From: an uncultured Desulfobacterales bacterium
GTDB taxonomy: Bacteria > Desulfobacterota > DSM-4660 > Desulfatiglandales > HGW-15
Assembly (NCBI GenBank): GCA_964512335.1
Contig: CAZEIA010000003.1
Location: 1-52,910 of the forward strand
Direction of reading: 5' to 3'
DNA length: 52,910 nt
Position 1 is the first letter of the stretch, and every line of letters starts with the position of its first letter. The translations under genes and the position numbers were made by a program. Of this stretch, positions 10,572 to 20,147 are shown in pieces. A model generated the notes under the pieces. That model had not been told where the DNA came from, searched no databases, and was given only the letters and a program-made list of their open reading frames with translations.

Positions 10572-11633
10572 ATGGATACGCGCACGATTTCCAAGGTTTT
10601 CCTCGTCGTTCTCCTCGGGGCCGGAATCCTCCTGGCTCTTCTTTTCTGGACCTATATCTCGGCTATCGTGCTTGGGCTCCTGATAGCCAGCGCCTTCTTT
10701 CCCCTCTATTCCCGTCTCCGCAGCCTGCTGAAGGATCGGGCTCGGCCCGCCTCACTCCTCATGTGCCTGATTATCACAGTGACCCTGATCATTCCCGTAG
10801 GAGGCTTCGTGGGAACCCTTTCGAACGAGGCCTTTGATTTCTACAAGCACAGCCGAACCATGGTCTCCGTCTCCCAACTCGACCAGATGATTCACGGGGA
10901 CAGCATATGGGCAAATCGAATCCGAAGGGTGGCCGGTATGGCGGGCGTGAGCCTCGATGTGGAAGCCTTGAACCAGCTGGCCTCATCCATCGGGACCAAC
11001 GTGGGACTATTCCTTTCACGACAGATCGGCTCTTTAGCGTCCAATCTGCTGAGCCTCCTCATACACTTCTTTCTCATGATCCTGGTAATCTTTTACATCT
11101 TCAAGGACGGAGAGCGCCTCAAGAACTACATTTCGGAACTGCTTCCTTTTCCCCTGTCTCAGCAGGAGCTCATGGTCAACAAGTTCCGGGAAACAGGCCG
11201 CTCCGTAATCCTGGCCAACGGGGTGTCAGGGAGCATCCAGGGAGTTCTGGCCGGCGTTGGGTTCTTCTTTTCCGGCTTAGGGAGCCCTTTTCTCTGGGGC
11301 ACCATAGCGGCCTTCATGGCCTTTCTGCCCCTTGTGGGCGCGTCCATCGTCTTTGTTCCCGCCACCGCCATTCTCTTCCTTCAGGGGAAGACGGGGATGG
11401 GAGTGCTGTTTTTCATCTACAACGTCTCCTACAGCGCCGCGATCGAGTACGTCATAAAACCCCGTCTCATCGGAAAGGGCATGAAAATGAACCCTCTTCT
11501 CGTATTCATAGGAGTGCTCGGCGGGCTCAAGCTTTTCGGCATTCTCGGCGTGGTTTACGGCCCTCTGATAATGACGATCTTTCTGACGCTCGCGGAAATA
11601 TATCGCCTTGAGTATAAGGAAGCCATGTTGTAA
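10572..11633 (+). CDS. AI-2E family transporter (PerM/UPF0118)
   Basis: 353-aa polytopic membrane protein. Its size and hydrophobic layout fit the family, including the C-terminal PLLVFIGVLGGLKLFGILGVVYGP segment. Confidence 0.8.
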   Translation: MDTRTISKVFLVVLLGAGILLALLFWTYISAIVLGLLIASAFFPLYSRLRSLLKDRARPASLLMCLIITVTLIIPVGGFVGTLSNEAFDFYKHSRTMVSVSQLDQMIHGDSIWANRIRRVAGMAGVSLDVEALNQLASSIGTNVGLFLSRQIGSLASNLLSLLIHFFLMILVIFYIFKDGERLKNYISELLPFPLSQQELMVNKFRETGRSVILANGVSGSIQGVLAGVGFFFSGLGSPFLWGTIAAFMAFLPLVGASIVFVPATAILFLQGKTGMGVLFFIYNVSYSAAIEYVIKPRLIGKGMKMNPLLVFIGVLGGLKLFGILGVVYGPLIMTIFLTLAEIYRLEYKEAML

Positions 11634-11757
11634 TTTGAGGTGTTGACTGAATTGAGAAATTCAGGTTTCGTTTGACACTTGAGTCCTCTTAGGTAGCCAA
11701 AAGCAGGAGAGCCGCACGGCCGGGGCAAGACGCACTATACAATCAGGAGGTCATATA

Positions 11758-12246
11758 ATGGATACGGAGAAAATCTTGCGAGGGAAGTGGATTCTCATCG
11801 TAGATGACGAAAAGGACATCCTCGATCTGCTTACTGAAATACTCGAAATGTGCCGAATAGATCAGGCCCTCTCCTTTGAGGAGGGTAAGGAGCTTCTCGA
11901 AAGGAACTCTTACGATGTCGCCGTGCTGGACATTATGGGGGTCAGGGGATACGAACTTTTGGACATAGCAAACAAACGGGGCATTCCCGCTCTGATGCTC
12001 ACCGCCCACGCCCTGACCAAGGAAGATCTCAAGATGTCGGCGGAGAAAGGGGCATCGTTCTATGCCCCCAAGGATGAGATCAACCGCATCGACGTATTCG
12101 TGGCCGATGTAATCGAGGCCAGGGAAAAGAAGCGCAACATCTGGGCAAAGTGGTACGACCGGCTCAGCGGTTTCTACGACCGTCGGTTCGGCCCCGACTG
12201 GCGCGAAAAGGATCCGGATTTCTGGGATCACCTGATCAAGTACTGA
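11758..12246 (+). CDS. stand-alone response-regulator receiver protein
   Basis: ILIVDDEKDILD acidic pocket, phospho-acceptor context VAVLDIMG, and a downstream conserved K. AGGAGG SD upstream and no DNA-binding domain. Confidence 0.85.
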   Translation: MDTEKILRGKWILIVDDEKDILDLLTEILEMCRIDQALSFEEGKELLERNSYDVAVLDIMGVRGYELLDIANKRGIPALMLTAHALTKEDLKMSAEKGASFYAPKDEINRIDVFVADVIEAREKKRNIWAKWYDRLSGFYDRRFGPDWREKDPDFWDHLIKY

Positions 12247-13252
12247 TTCCCCTTTGCACCCCCAATATCTCGAGAAAGGTCTCCAGACGGGTCAGGGTCC
12301 GCCCGTCAAGAGGCCCCGGCCGGTCCCCTTCCAGAGTCAGGATGGGCAGCTTGAGGCTCTCCTTCAGGAGGATATCGTGGATCTGCCGGTGACAAAAGGT
12401 CTGTGTGTAGTGAATGAGGCCGTGAAGGCCCCTTTCCTCTACCGCCTTCCCAATGTCCATGATCCTTTCTTCCAAACCGTATGGATAGGTGTAGATGAGA
12501 TATCGGTCCACGATGTCCCTTCCGCCCACAGGCAGGCTGAACTGACGCTGGACTTCATTGAAAACGATCCTGGCGTCAAAGTGTTCAATGGTCTCGTAAA
12601 GATCGTCAAAAATCGGAGGGACCCCGATGAACCCGAGGCGACAAGATGATTCAAACGGAGAACGGCCGGCGGATTCGGCCATGAACTCGTCCAGGGCCTC
12701 CTCGTAGGCATCCGGATTTGAACCGAAATCCGAACTGCTCACCAAAAACTGGTGGTTCTCCCGGCCGCTGACAACATTTTCTCGATAGGTCATACGGTCC
12801 AGTCGTCGCAGCTTCTCTCGAATGCGGTCCAGTCGTTTCACTGTCGCATGCACACAATCCCAGGATACGTCGAGTTCCTCAAGCAGAAGTCCCATTGCTC
12901 GTTCAAGCAGCGCCCGATTGCGATCGAGGGGGTAGTCGAACCGGTGAACCTTTACCCCCCTTCTCTCCAGGACCTCGGCCAGGGCTACGGTGTTGCTGCA
13001 ATCCCCCCCAGTCACGGCGATTACCCGGTCAAGACCTCTGTCCATGACCACACCGTATATGCCTTTGATCCAGGCGCAGACGGTCCTGGGAAAACCCTCG
13101 GCTTCGGCTGTCTCCAGAAAGGCTTCGGGGTTGGGGGAGGTGATGAACAGGTTGTTCAGGTCCACGGGCCGGAGGCCTGCTGCGTAAACGATCTCCACGG
13201 GAATTGTGGTGGTGAGGCCGATACGGGGGTCGTTTTCACCTGAAGCGGTCAA
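12236..13252 (-). CDS. 2-hydroxyacyl-CoA dehydratase (HgdB/BcrB/HGD-D) family protein
   Basis: 338 aa. N-terminal IGLTTTIPVEIVYAAGLRPVDL and conserved Cys contexts (TVCAWIKG, GGDCSN) are typical of the family. Its 3' end overlaps the convergent response-regulator gene by 11 nt. Confidence 0.7.
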   Translation of the reverse strand: MTASGENDPRIGLTTTIPVEIVYAAGLRPVDLNNLFITSPNPEAFLETAEAEGFPRTVCAWIKGIYGVVMDRGLDRVIAVTGGDCSNTVALAEVLERRGVKVHRFDYPLDRNRALLERAMGLLLEELDVSWDCVHATVKRLDRIREKLRRLDRMTYRENVVSGRENHQFLVSSSDFGSNPDAYEEALDEFMAESAGRSPFESSCRLGFIGVPPIFDDLYETIEHFDARIVFNEVQRQFSLPVGGRDIVDRYLIYTYPYGLEERIMDIGKAVEERGLHGLIHYTQTFCHRQIHDILLKESLKLPILTLEGDRPGPLDGRTLTRLETFLEILGVQRGIST

Positions 13253-13255
13253 GGA

Positions 13256-13903
13256 TCAGACCCTCACAGACACGAACTCACGACTGGGAAGCTCCATGCA
13301 GGTGAGCTTGTTTCCATACACGGCGCCGGTGTCAAGGCCTATCTTGTTGGACTCCACCAAAGGCTCCCGAAAAGGCGTGTGTCCGAACACCACTATCCTT
13401 CCGAAATCACAGTCGGACTGGATGAAGCGCTCTCGTATCCAGAGGAGATCTTCCGGGGTCTGGTCAACAAGGGCCACTCCGGGGCGAAGACCGGCGTGGA
13501 CGGCCAGGTATTCGTCAAGCTCTACGTAGAGTTTAAGTGACCTGAGAAAATCGAGGTGCTTGCCTGGAATCCGCGGAACAGCCGTAGTGTTTTCATGAAT
13601 ACCGTAACTCTCAAGAGTGGTTTTTCCGCCGTTGGCCAAAAACAATCTCGGGTCCCCCGTGTTGAGGTAGTGGATGAAAAGGCTTTCGTGGTTTCCCATG
13701 AGACAGTCCACGGAGCCGGAGCGCTCCCTGAGATCTATAATCAGATCAATGGCACCCTTGGGATCCTCCCCGCGGTCGATGTAGTCCCCAAGAAAAATCA
13801 GCCGGTGATTTTCAGGTTCCCACTCAATCCGTTCTATCAGTCGTTCAAGGAGCCGGCAGCACCCGTGTACATCTCCAATAATAAACGTCTTTTCCACACC
13901 CAA
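13256..13903 (-). CDS. metallophosphoesterase (ApaH/PP-like Ser/Thr phosphatase family)
   Basis: Motifs GDVHGC, GDYIDRG, GNHE and GH are all present, in that order. Confidence 0.85.
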   Translation of the reverse strand: MGVEKTFIIGDVHGCCRLLERLIERIEWEPENHRLIFLGDYIDRGEDPKGAIDLIIDLRERSGSVDCLMGNHESLFIHYLNTGDPRLFLANGGKTTLESYGIHENTTAVPRIPGKHLDFLRSLKLYVELDEYLAVHAGLRPGVALVDQTPEDLLWIRERFIQSDCDFGRIVVFGHTPFREPLVESNKIGLDTGAVYGNKLTCMELPSREFVSVRV

Positions 13904-13943
13904 CCCGTTTGCTCCTTGTTTTTATTCACAGCAAGGTACATGC

Positions 13944-14873
13944 CTACAAAAAGGCGACCCGCATGCGGTCCCTGGGGTCCAGCCTCTCAAGACCCGCCTT
14001 GTGGGCCATATCCAAGGCGTCGCGGAATTCGTCGGCGGTAAGGCGACGGTTGATTATCTCGTCCTGGACCGCATCCCCGCAGGGACGGTACTGGTCCATT
14101 ACGTTCACGTAGGTGTGCGGAGAGATCTGCCGGGCGATAAAACCCGCCACCTCGCCGGTGCCGGCAACCCGCTCGGGCATCACCAGATGTCTCACCAGGA
14201 GACCCCGCGTGGCAATGCCGCGACCATTCACTGCCAGGTCCCCGACCTGTCTGTGCATCTCACGCAAGGCCTCCCGGGCCCTCTCCGGATAGTCGGGCGC
14301 ATTACAGAAACGGCCCGCCCATTTACCGTCCCAGAACTTGAAGTCAGGCATGTATATGTCCACAATGCCCTCCAGGAGACGAAGTGTTTCCACCTGGTCG
14401 TACCCGCTGGAGTTGTAAACCAGAGGAATCCTGAGCCCTGCTTCCGCGGCTATTGTCAAGGCCTCCAGCATCTGAGGCACCACATGCGTAGGTGTGACAA
14501 CGTTTATGTTGTGGCACCCCTGCTCCGACAGCAGGAGCATGATGCGGGCGAGCCCGGCCGCCTCCACCTCGACACCTTCGTTTCCGTGGCTGATGTCGCG
14601 GTTCTGGCAGAAGCTGCAAAGCAGGCTGCACGAGCTGATAAAAATGGTCCCTGACCCGTGCACGCCTACCAGGGGAAACTCTTCCCCAAAATGAGGGCTG
14701 TAGCCGGCTATCCGGGCAAGCCGGCCTGTTCGACAGACACCAAGCTCCCCCGCGAGGCGGTCCACCCCGCAGGCCCTCGGGCAGATCTCACAGTGCTCCA
14801 GCAGGGCCGCAGCCTCAGCCGCCCGCTCTTTCAATCGGCCGCTGCGAGCGAGGTCTAGATATAACGGCTCCAT
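13944..14873 (-). CDS. radical SAM protein, PflX/COG1313-like (activase-like)
   Basis: CxxxCxxC cluster CSLLCSFCQN followed by ISH, plus an N-terminal extra Cys pair CEICPRAC. Confidence 0.85.
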   Translation of the reverse strand: MEPLYLDLARSGRLKERAAEAAALLEHCEICPRACGVDRLAGELGVCRTGRLARIAGYSPHFGEEFPLVGVHGSGTIFISSCSLLCSFCQNRDISHGNEGVEVEAAGLARIMLLLSEQGCHNINVVTPTHVVPQMLEALTIAAEAGLRIPLVYNSSGYDQVETLRLLEGIVDIYMPDFKFWDGKWAGRFCNAPDYPERAREALREMHRQVGDLAVNGRGIATRGLLVRHLVMPERVAGTGEVAGFIARQISPHTYVNVMDQYRPCGDAVQDEIINRRLTADEFRDALDMAHKAGLERLDPRDRMRVAFL

Positions 14874-14958
14874 ATGGGCCCCGGCAAAAAACCGCTCCCT
14901 TCGGCTTATACCGCTTCCCGCCGAGGGGGCTGTCCGGCATGTAAAGACTCGGGCGGGA

Positions 14959-15669
14959 TCAGTCCCGGCCCCCTCCGAATATACGCAACATCAGGAGGAA
15001 GAGGTTAATGAAGTCGAGATACAAGGACAAGGCCCCCAGAATAGCCCCTTTCCGTATGACACCGGCTTCCGCATCCGCCGGCTGGGTCAGGGCCATGTTC
15101 TTGATCTTCTGGGTGTCGTAGGCGGTGAGCCCTACGAAAACGAACACGCCGATGTAACTGACCACCATACTCACGGCGCTGCTCCTTATGAACATGTTCA
15201 CCAGCGACGCAATGATGATCCCGATCAGGCCCATGAACAGGAAACCCCCAAGGGAGGTCAGATCCCGCTTCGTGGTCCATCCGTAAATGCTGCAAGCCAG
15301 GAAGGTGGCGGAGCAGATAAAGAAAGTGCTTACAATGGATTCCCTGGCGTACAATAGAAAAATAAAGGAAATAGTCACTCCGTTAAGCCCGGCATAGAGC
15401 ACGAAGAGTCCCGTAGCCGTCCCTGCACTCATTCGGCTCACCATCCCGCTGATGGAAAAAACCAGGGCAAGCTGGGCAATGATAAGCCCGAAGAAGATCA
15501 GGCTGTTCCCGAAAACCAGATTGAGTATGGCGGGAGAGTTGGAGACGTAATAGGCCACAAATCCTGTAATGGCCAGTCCTATGCACATCCAGTTGTACAC
15601 ACTTCGGACGTAGTCGTTGACAAATACCTCGGTTCGCGTCCTCGCCGCGGACGGATACTCTGCCATCAA
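14959..15669 (-). CDS. Bax inhibitor-1/YccA family membrane protein
   Basis: 236 aa with about 7 TM segments and the family motif AYDTQKI near the C-terminal third. Confidence 0.85.
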   Translation of the reverse strand: MMAEYPSAARTRTEVFVNDYVRSVYNWMCIGLAITGFVAYYVSNSPAILNLVFGNSLIFFGLIIAQLALVFSISGMVSRMSAGTATGLFVLYAGLNGVTISFIFLLYARESIVSTFFICSATFLACSIYGWTTKRDLTSLGGFLFMGLIGIIIASLVNMFIRSSAVSMVVSYIGVFVFVGLTAYDTQKIKNMALTQPADAEAGVIRKGAILGALSLYLDFINLFLLMLRIFGGGRD

Positions 15670-15815
15670 AAATTCCTCCTCGTTGTTGGGGTAGTGTTCT
15701 TCTTAAAGACTCGATTCAGGGCGATTCGACCGGCCTCCAGCCCCCCGCAGGCCTTCCTGTTTAGGGGCTCGGGCAGGCCGTTTTGGGCAAGAGTATAGGA
15801 ATCGCAGGTACCAGT

Positions 15816-16904
15816 TCAAGAAAAATGGGACAGCGAGCGCTTCTGTGTCTTTGATTTTCCGATCCGCTCCAGAAGTCGAACAACACGTTCCCAGACCTCA
15901 TCCACCCCGATAAGGTCCATGCACGAGTCCTCTGGTCGAATACAGGTCTCCTGCCTGCACCCGCAGCAGGGAACTCCCTTGAATACCACTTCACCGAGCC
16001 GGCTCAAAGGCATCCACATGTGAGGAAAGGTGGGGCCGAAGAGGGTCAATGTGGCGCACCCGGCTGCTGCAGCAATGTGAGCCGGGGCCGAGTCGTTGCC
16101 TATGAACAGGCTGGAACGGCTTAGAAGCTCTCCGGTCTCGAAAAGAGTCATATCTGCAGAGCAAAAATCCGGCGGCCTTTCCATGCGGGACTTGACCTCG
16201 TCCAGCAGGGCCTCTTCGCCCGGTCCACCCAGCAGGAGCACCGATGAACGGGTAGTGGCCTGGAGTTTTCGGCCGATCTCGCCGAAACGCTCACTTTTCC
16301 AGCGCCGCAGCGATCCCCGTGCGCCGGGGTGTATAACCACCCACGGCCTTTCCGCTGAAAGGCCTGCGCGATCGATCCTGCGGTCCACGCTGCGCTTCAC
16401 CGAGTCCGGCACGTGGAGCCCCAGTGTCCGCTCAAACCCGTCCAGCCCCAGGACCTTAAGGGAGGCGAGTTGGTGATCCACAATATGATTGGCGGCAGGA
16501 TCAGAGTCCACGAACCGGTTCATGAGAAAATGCGAAAGCCTGCCCGCATGCCGATGGGTGATACGGATCGGGGCCCCGGTCAAATAACAGATCAAGGCTG
16601 CACGATCGCCGTGAGTGTAGTCAATGACCACATCGTATCGCCTTGACCTCAACCGCTTTATCAGGTTAATCTGATATATTATTGATTTGTTTGTTAATTT
16701 TTTGGCCAGAGCATAGTCATAAGTCAACGTTCGGTCAATACACGGATGATGTATGACCACGGGTTCGGTACCCTGGTTCACCAGCACCTCCACCATGGTG
16801 CCAGGCGAGAGGCGCTTGAGGTTTTCCACCACCGGCACCATGCTCAGGGTGTCCCCGATATAGCGAAGCTTGACGATAAGGACACGTTTTCCGTAAAGAT
16901 CCAC
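15816..16904 (-). CDS. glycosyltransferase family 9 (heptosyltransferase-like)
   Basis: N-terminal VLIVKLRYIGDTL and C-terminal GNDSAPAHIAAA motifs typical of GT9. Confidence 0.85.
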   Translation of the reverse strand: MDLYGKRVLIVKLRYIGDTLSMVPVVENLKRLSPGTMVEVLVNQGTEPVVIHHPCIDRTLTYDYALAKKLTNKSIIYQINLIKRLRSRRYDVVIDYTHGDRAALICYLTGAPIRITHRHAGRLSHFLMNRFVDSDPAANHIVDHQLASLKVLGLDGFERTLGLHVPDSVKRSVDRRIDRAGLSAERPWVVIHPGARGSLRRWKSERFGEIGRKLQATTRSSVLLLGGPGEEALLDEVKSRMERPPDFCSADMTLFETGELLSRSSLFIGNDSAPAHIAAAAGCATLTLFGPTFPHMWMPLSRLGEVVFKGVPCCGCRQETCIRPEDSCMDLIGVDEVWERVVRLLERIGKSKTQKRSLSHFS

Positions 16905-16928
16905 AGTCTGTTTTCCGGGACGTCAGGA

Positions 16929-17750
16929 TTAACCGGTTCTCCGTTCCGGGTCGGCCGCGAGTTCTCGCAGTTTGGCGTACTTGAAAAAAGACCCGCCTGC
17001 ATTCATGATCGAGATAACGAGCCCGTCAAACCCGTCCAGGACGCCAAACTCTAATGCATATGTTCGAAAGAACATCCACAGGGCATGAAGGGGAGGCGTC
17101 AGGGGGCCTGCTGTGCGGCCGGAATCATACATTGATCGGGCCGCCAGGTCTGAATAGAGCTCCATCTTGGCAACGATATCGGAGTAAGTCCTGAAACTGA
17201 AGTGCTCAATAGGTGCACTAAGGAGTTGTTCGCGGCCACGGGTGAGCCAGCGCTCATGGACAGCACGACCGTCGAACGATCCATAACGGCGATCTACAAG
17301 ACGAAGGATTCGGTCGGGCCACCACCCGCAGTGACGAATCCATCTTCCGTGCAGAAAGTTCTTTCGTGGAAAGCTGAAGGCAGTCACTGCATTGTCTTTG
17401 GACGACAGCGCGTGCAGGATTGCTTCGGCGGTCTCTATAGGCACCCGCTCGTCCGCATCCAGGACAAGGACCCAGGAGTTCGAGCATGAGTCCACGGCGA
17501 ACTGCTTCTGCCCTGAAAACCCACTCCAGTTCTCCACTATTACACGGGCTCCCAAGGAGTCGGCTATCTCCACGGTTCGATCCGTGCTTCCCGAATCCAC
17601 CACCACGATCTCGTCTGCAAATGAGACGCTCTCGAGACATGCCGGAAGGCGTTCCTCCTCGTTTCGTGTTATGACGGCGACGGAGAGGCCCTTCTCATCT
17701 TCAAGGTCCCTTTTACTTCTGGAATCCCCTCCCCCCATTGGCCCCGGCAT
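16929..17750 (-). CDS. glycosyltransferase family 2
   Basis: VAVITRNEE...VVVDSGSTDRT and DADE motifs. The start codon lies 3 nt after the pfp stop. Confidence 0.85.
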   Translation of the reverse strand: MPGPMGGGDSRSKRDLEDEKGLSVAVITRNEEERLPACLESVSFADEIVVVDSGSTDRTVEIADSLGARVIVENWSGFSGQKQFAVDSCSNSWVLVLDADERVPIETAEAILHALSSKDNAVTAFSFPRKNFLHGRWIRHCGWWPDRILRLVDRRYGSFDGRAVHERWLTRGREQLLSAPIEHFSFRTYSDIVAKMELYSDLAARSMYDSGRTAGPLTPPLHALWMFFRTYALEFGVLDGFDGLVISIMNAGGSFFKYAKLRELAADPERRTG

Positions 17751-17753
17751 GCC

Positions 17754-19856
17754 TTAAGCATCCTCACTTTCCACGGCATTCAGGACCAGGGTGATGGGCC
17801 GGTCTTCCTCCGCCGCTCCGCAGAACCGGATCGGGCCCGGCCGCCGGAACTCGTCTTCGCCCGGATGGGCGGCCAGCCATTTGTCACGCAGGACCCTGGC
17901 CACTCTAAAGGCCGGTGAGTCAACATCCACTACGGTCTTTTCGAGAACCAGGGTCAGTCTGCCTTTCCGCTCCTCCAAGCGCATGAGTGGAGCAATGGGA
18001 ATGCCTAGGGGTTGCCAGCGGGAGAAATCGAGCTCCAGGTTCCGGATGGCCGCCATCTGGCCTGTTGCGCCGTGCGCGATAAGGCTGAAGACACACAATC
18101 CCAAGTTGTAGGTGTACGTGCAGTCGAATCTGGTGGGGTCGTTTCCCCTGCCGTCGTACCCGTAGAAGTGGTTTTGGGTCTTGAACTTCGGCACCGAAGC
18201 CTTGAAGATCTTTTCTACGGCCGATGGAACCGTTTCGTTCTCTGCAATCACGCCCGCGCGGGCCAGCTCCTGCCTGAGCGTCTTCCGGGAAATGATCTCC
18301 CTCCTGACCAGAAGTGGGTCGTCTCCTCCCCAGTTGGAAAACAGGGCCGGGCCGAAGCTAAGCGGGTCCAGGCCGTCTTTTTCCAGGACTTTCCTGTAGT
18401 AATCCGGGGCAACCCCCAACATGTACTCTCCACGATCCCTCAACCATCCAAGGTAATCGCGGACCATTCCCATGACCACCTTGTCCGTCTCCACAAGGGA
18501 AAACTGAAAGTTCCCGTGACTGTCCCGCTCTGAAAGAAGTCCTTCCTGGAAAAAGGAAGGAAGGTCGTTGAAGAGTTCGTCGTCATGGTCGCTCCAGATT
18601 GGAATCAGTCGTTCCTCCCGACAACGCCGGGCCAGTTTATTAAGGTACTCCAGCTTGTCCTCCAGCCTGGGATGCCTGCTGTGAAAATCGCGGTCGTGGG
18701 TGTCATTGTATTCCGCAATGATCTTGCTGAGCTTGATGATAAACGCCTGGATCTCGTTGATGAACTCAAGCACCCCTTCTGGAATGACAATGACCCCGTA
18801 GTTCTTGCCGGCGGCCGCACGCCTCACTATAGCCTTGCAGATGACCCGCGAGAGATGCCTCATGGTAAGGCCGTATGCACCGTAGTCCACCTTCCCTTCC
18901 TTCCGGGCCTTTTCCAGGCGTTCCTCATCCACGTAGTTGCACAGGTCCTCGCCGATCAGGGTCACGGTGGCATGGGTCTGTAGGGCCACCTCCAGGGCCA
19001 GGTGACTTGCCACCCTGCCCATCACCTTGCAGATGTGCCAGTATTTAACATCAGAGCTGCTGTCAGTGCACAGGTTGGAGATGTTGTTTGAAAAGGCCCT
19101 GGCCGCCGTATGAAAGCCGAAAGACATGGCGCACAAGACATTGTTTCGGGCATCCCGGACCTGGATGTCGCCGTCTATGGTCTTGGGGACGCCTATGACC
19201 TGAATGCCGTCATTATAGAGCTCCTGGGCAAGAAAGGCTGCGTTCGTGTTCGAGTCGTCTCCGCCCACGATCACCAGTGCGTCCAGCTCTAGACACCTGC
19301 ACGTATCCCTGGAGAGAGCCATCTTTTCCCGGGAATCGATCTTGGTGCGGCCTGTTTTGACCATGGTAAAGCCTCCCAGGTTGCGGTAGGCGTCCACCAT
19401 ATCATCGGTGATCTCCTCAGCCTCATTCTCTATGATACCGTCGGGACCCATGAGGAAACCAAAGATCCGGGATTCCGAATTGGCGGCCTTGGCCGCATCG
19501 TAGAGTCCGGCGATCACGTTGTGGCCGCCCGGCGCCGGGCCGCCGGAGAAAACTATCCCGATATTCCTCCGCCGGGTAAAGACCGCCTTGAGCCGGTCGT
19601 CGGGATCATCCTCTCGGATTACTTCCTGGACCCGATTTCCAATAATGGAAGGGAGCTGTTTTGCAGCCTGGGAGTCCACGTCGAAGACATACTTGTCAGT
19701 CTCCATGAGATTCGTGTACCTGCCTTGAAACGCCTCGCACCGCGGGGGCTGGAACGCCCTTCGCTCCAATAATTCCCGGCTTGTGCTGGAAATGACATCC
19801 CTTACCTCGGGATGGTCGAGCAATTCCTCCGCACTAGTTTTTGGCTTCTCAGACAT
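17754..19856 (-). CDS. pfp: pyrophosphate-dependent 6-phosphofructokinase (long form, 700 aa)
   Basis: GGPAPGGHNV, GGDDSNTNA and PKTIDGD are present. The Asp and Lys in the last two motifs are the residues that distinguish PPi- from ATP-dependent PFKs. An MGR motif is also present. Confidence 0.85.
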   Translation of the reverse strand: MSEKPKTSAEELLDHPEVRDVISSTSRELLERRAFQPPRCEAFQGRYTNLMETDKYVFDVDSQAAKQLPSIIGNRVQEVIREDDPDDRLKAVFTRRRNIGIVFSGGPAPGGHNVIAGLYDAAKAANSESRIFGFLMGPDGIIENEAEEITDDMVDAYRNLGGFTMVKTGRTKIDSREKMALSRDTCRCLELDALVIVGGDDSNTNAAFLAQELYNDGIQVIGVPKTIDGDIQVRDARNNVLCAMSFGFHTAARAFSNNISNLCTDSSSDVKYWHICKVMGRVASHLALEVALQTHATVTLIGEDLCNYVDEERLEKARKEGKVDYGAYGLTMRHLSRVICKAIVRRAAAGKNYGVIVIPEGVLEFINEIQAFIIKLSKIIAEYNDTHDRDFHSRHPRLEDKLEYLNKLARRCREERLIPIWSDHDDELFNDLPSFFQEGLLSERDSHGNFQFSLVETDKVVMGMVRDYLGWLRDRGEYMLGVAPDYYRKVLEKDGLDPLSFGPALFSNWGGDDPLLVRREIISRKTLRQELARAGVIAENETVPSAVEKIFKASVPKFKTQNHFYGYDGRGNDPTRFDCTYTYNLGLCVFSLIAHGATGQMAAIRNLELDFSRWQPLGIPIAPLMRLEERKGRLTLVLEKTVVDVDSPAFRVARVLRDKWLAAHPGEDEFRRPGPIRFCGAAEEDRPITLVLNAVESEDA

Positions 19857-20147
19857 GAATGTCCTCCATAAGCATATGAAAGAGGCGCTGGCATCCTCTG
19901 TTCATCAAAAGCCATAGTTCTTCAAAAAGGTCCGTGAATCGTGTTCGTGTTCGTGCCTGCCGGATTCACAGAAAAAACGCCTTCAGCCGTAACCGAACGG
20001 AAGACACACATTTTCCGTGCGTTTCCACGGAGTTTCGTCTATCATAATAACGATCGGGCCTATTTGCAAAGGTATTCCTCATGCGACTCGCCTCAAGGCG
20101 GTTTTCCCGTATTCGGCTCCATTCGGAAATCGACAAAGGAGACAGCC

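Noticed and set aside
11647-11672. CTGAAT-tgagaa-ATTCAG hairpin plus GTTTCGTTT after the AI-2E transporter gene, as a terminator
   Set aside because: The stem is only 6 AT-rich base pairs and the U-tract is interrupted, which is too weak to call.
19941-20147. Upstream 69-codon extension of the cNMP-binding-protein ORF
   Set aside because: This part resembles no protein, and ATG 20148 has a strong AAGGAG SD.
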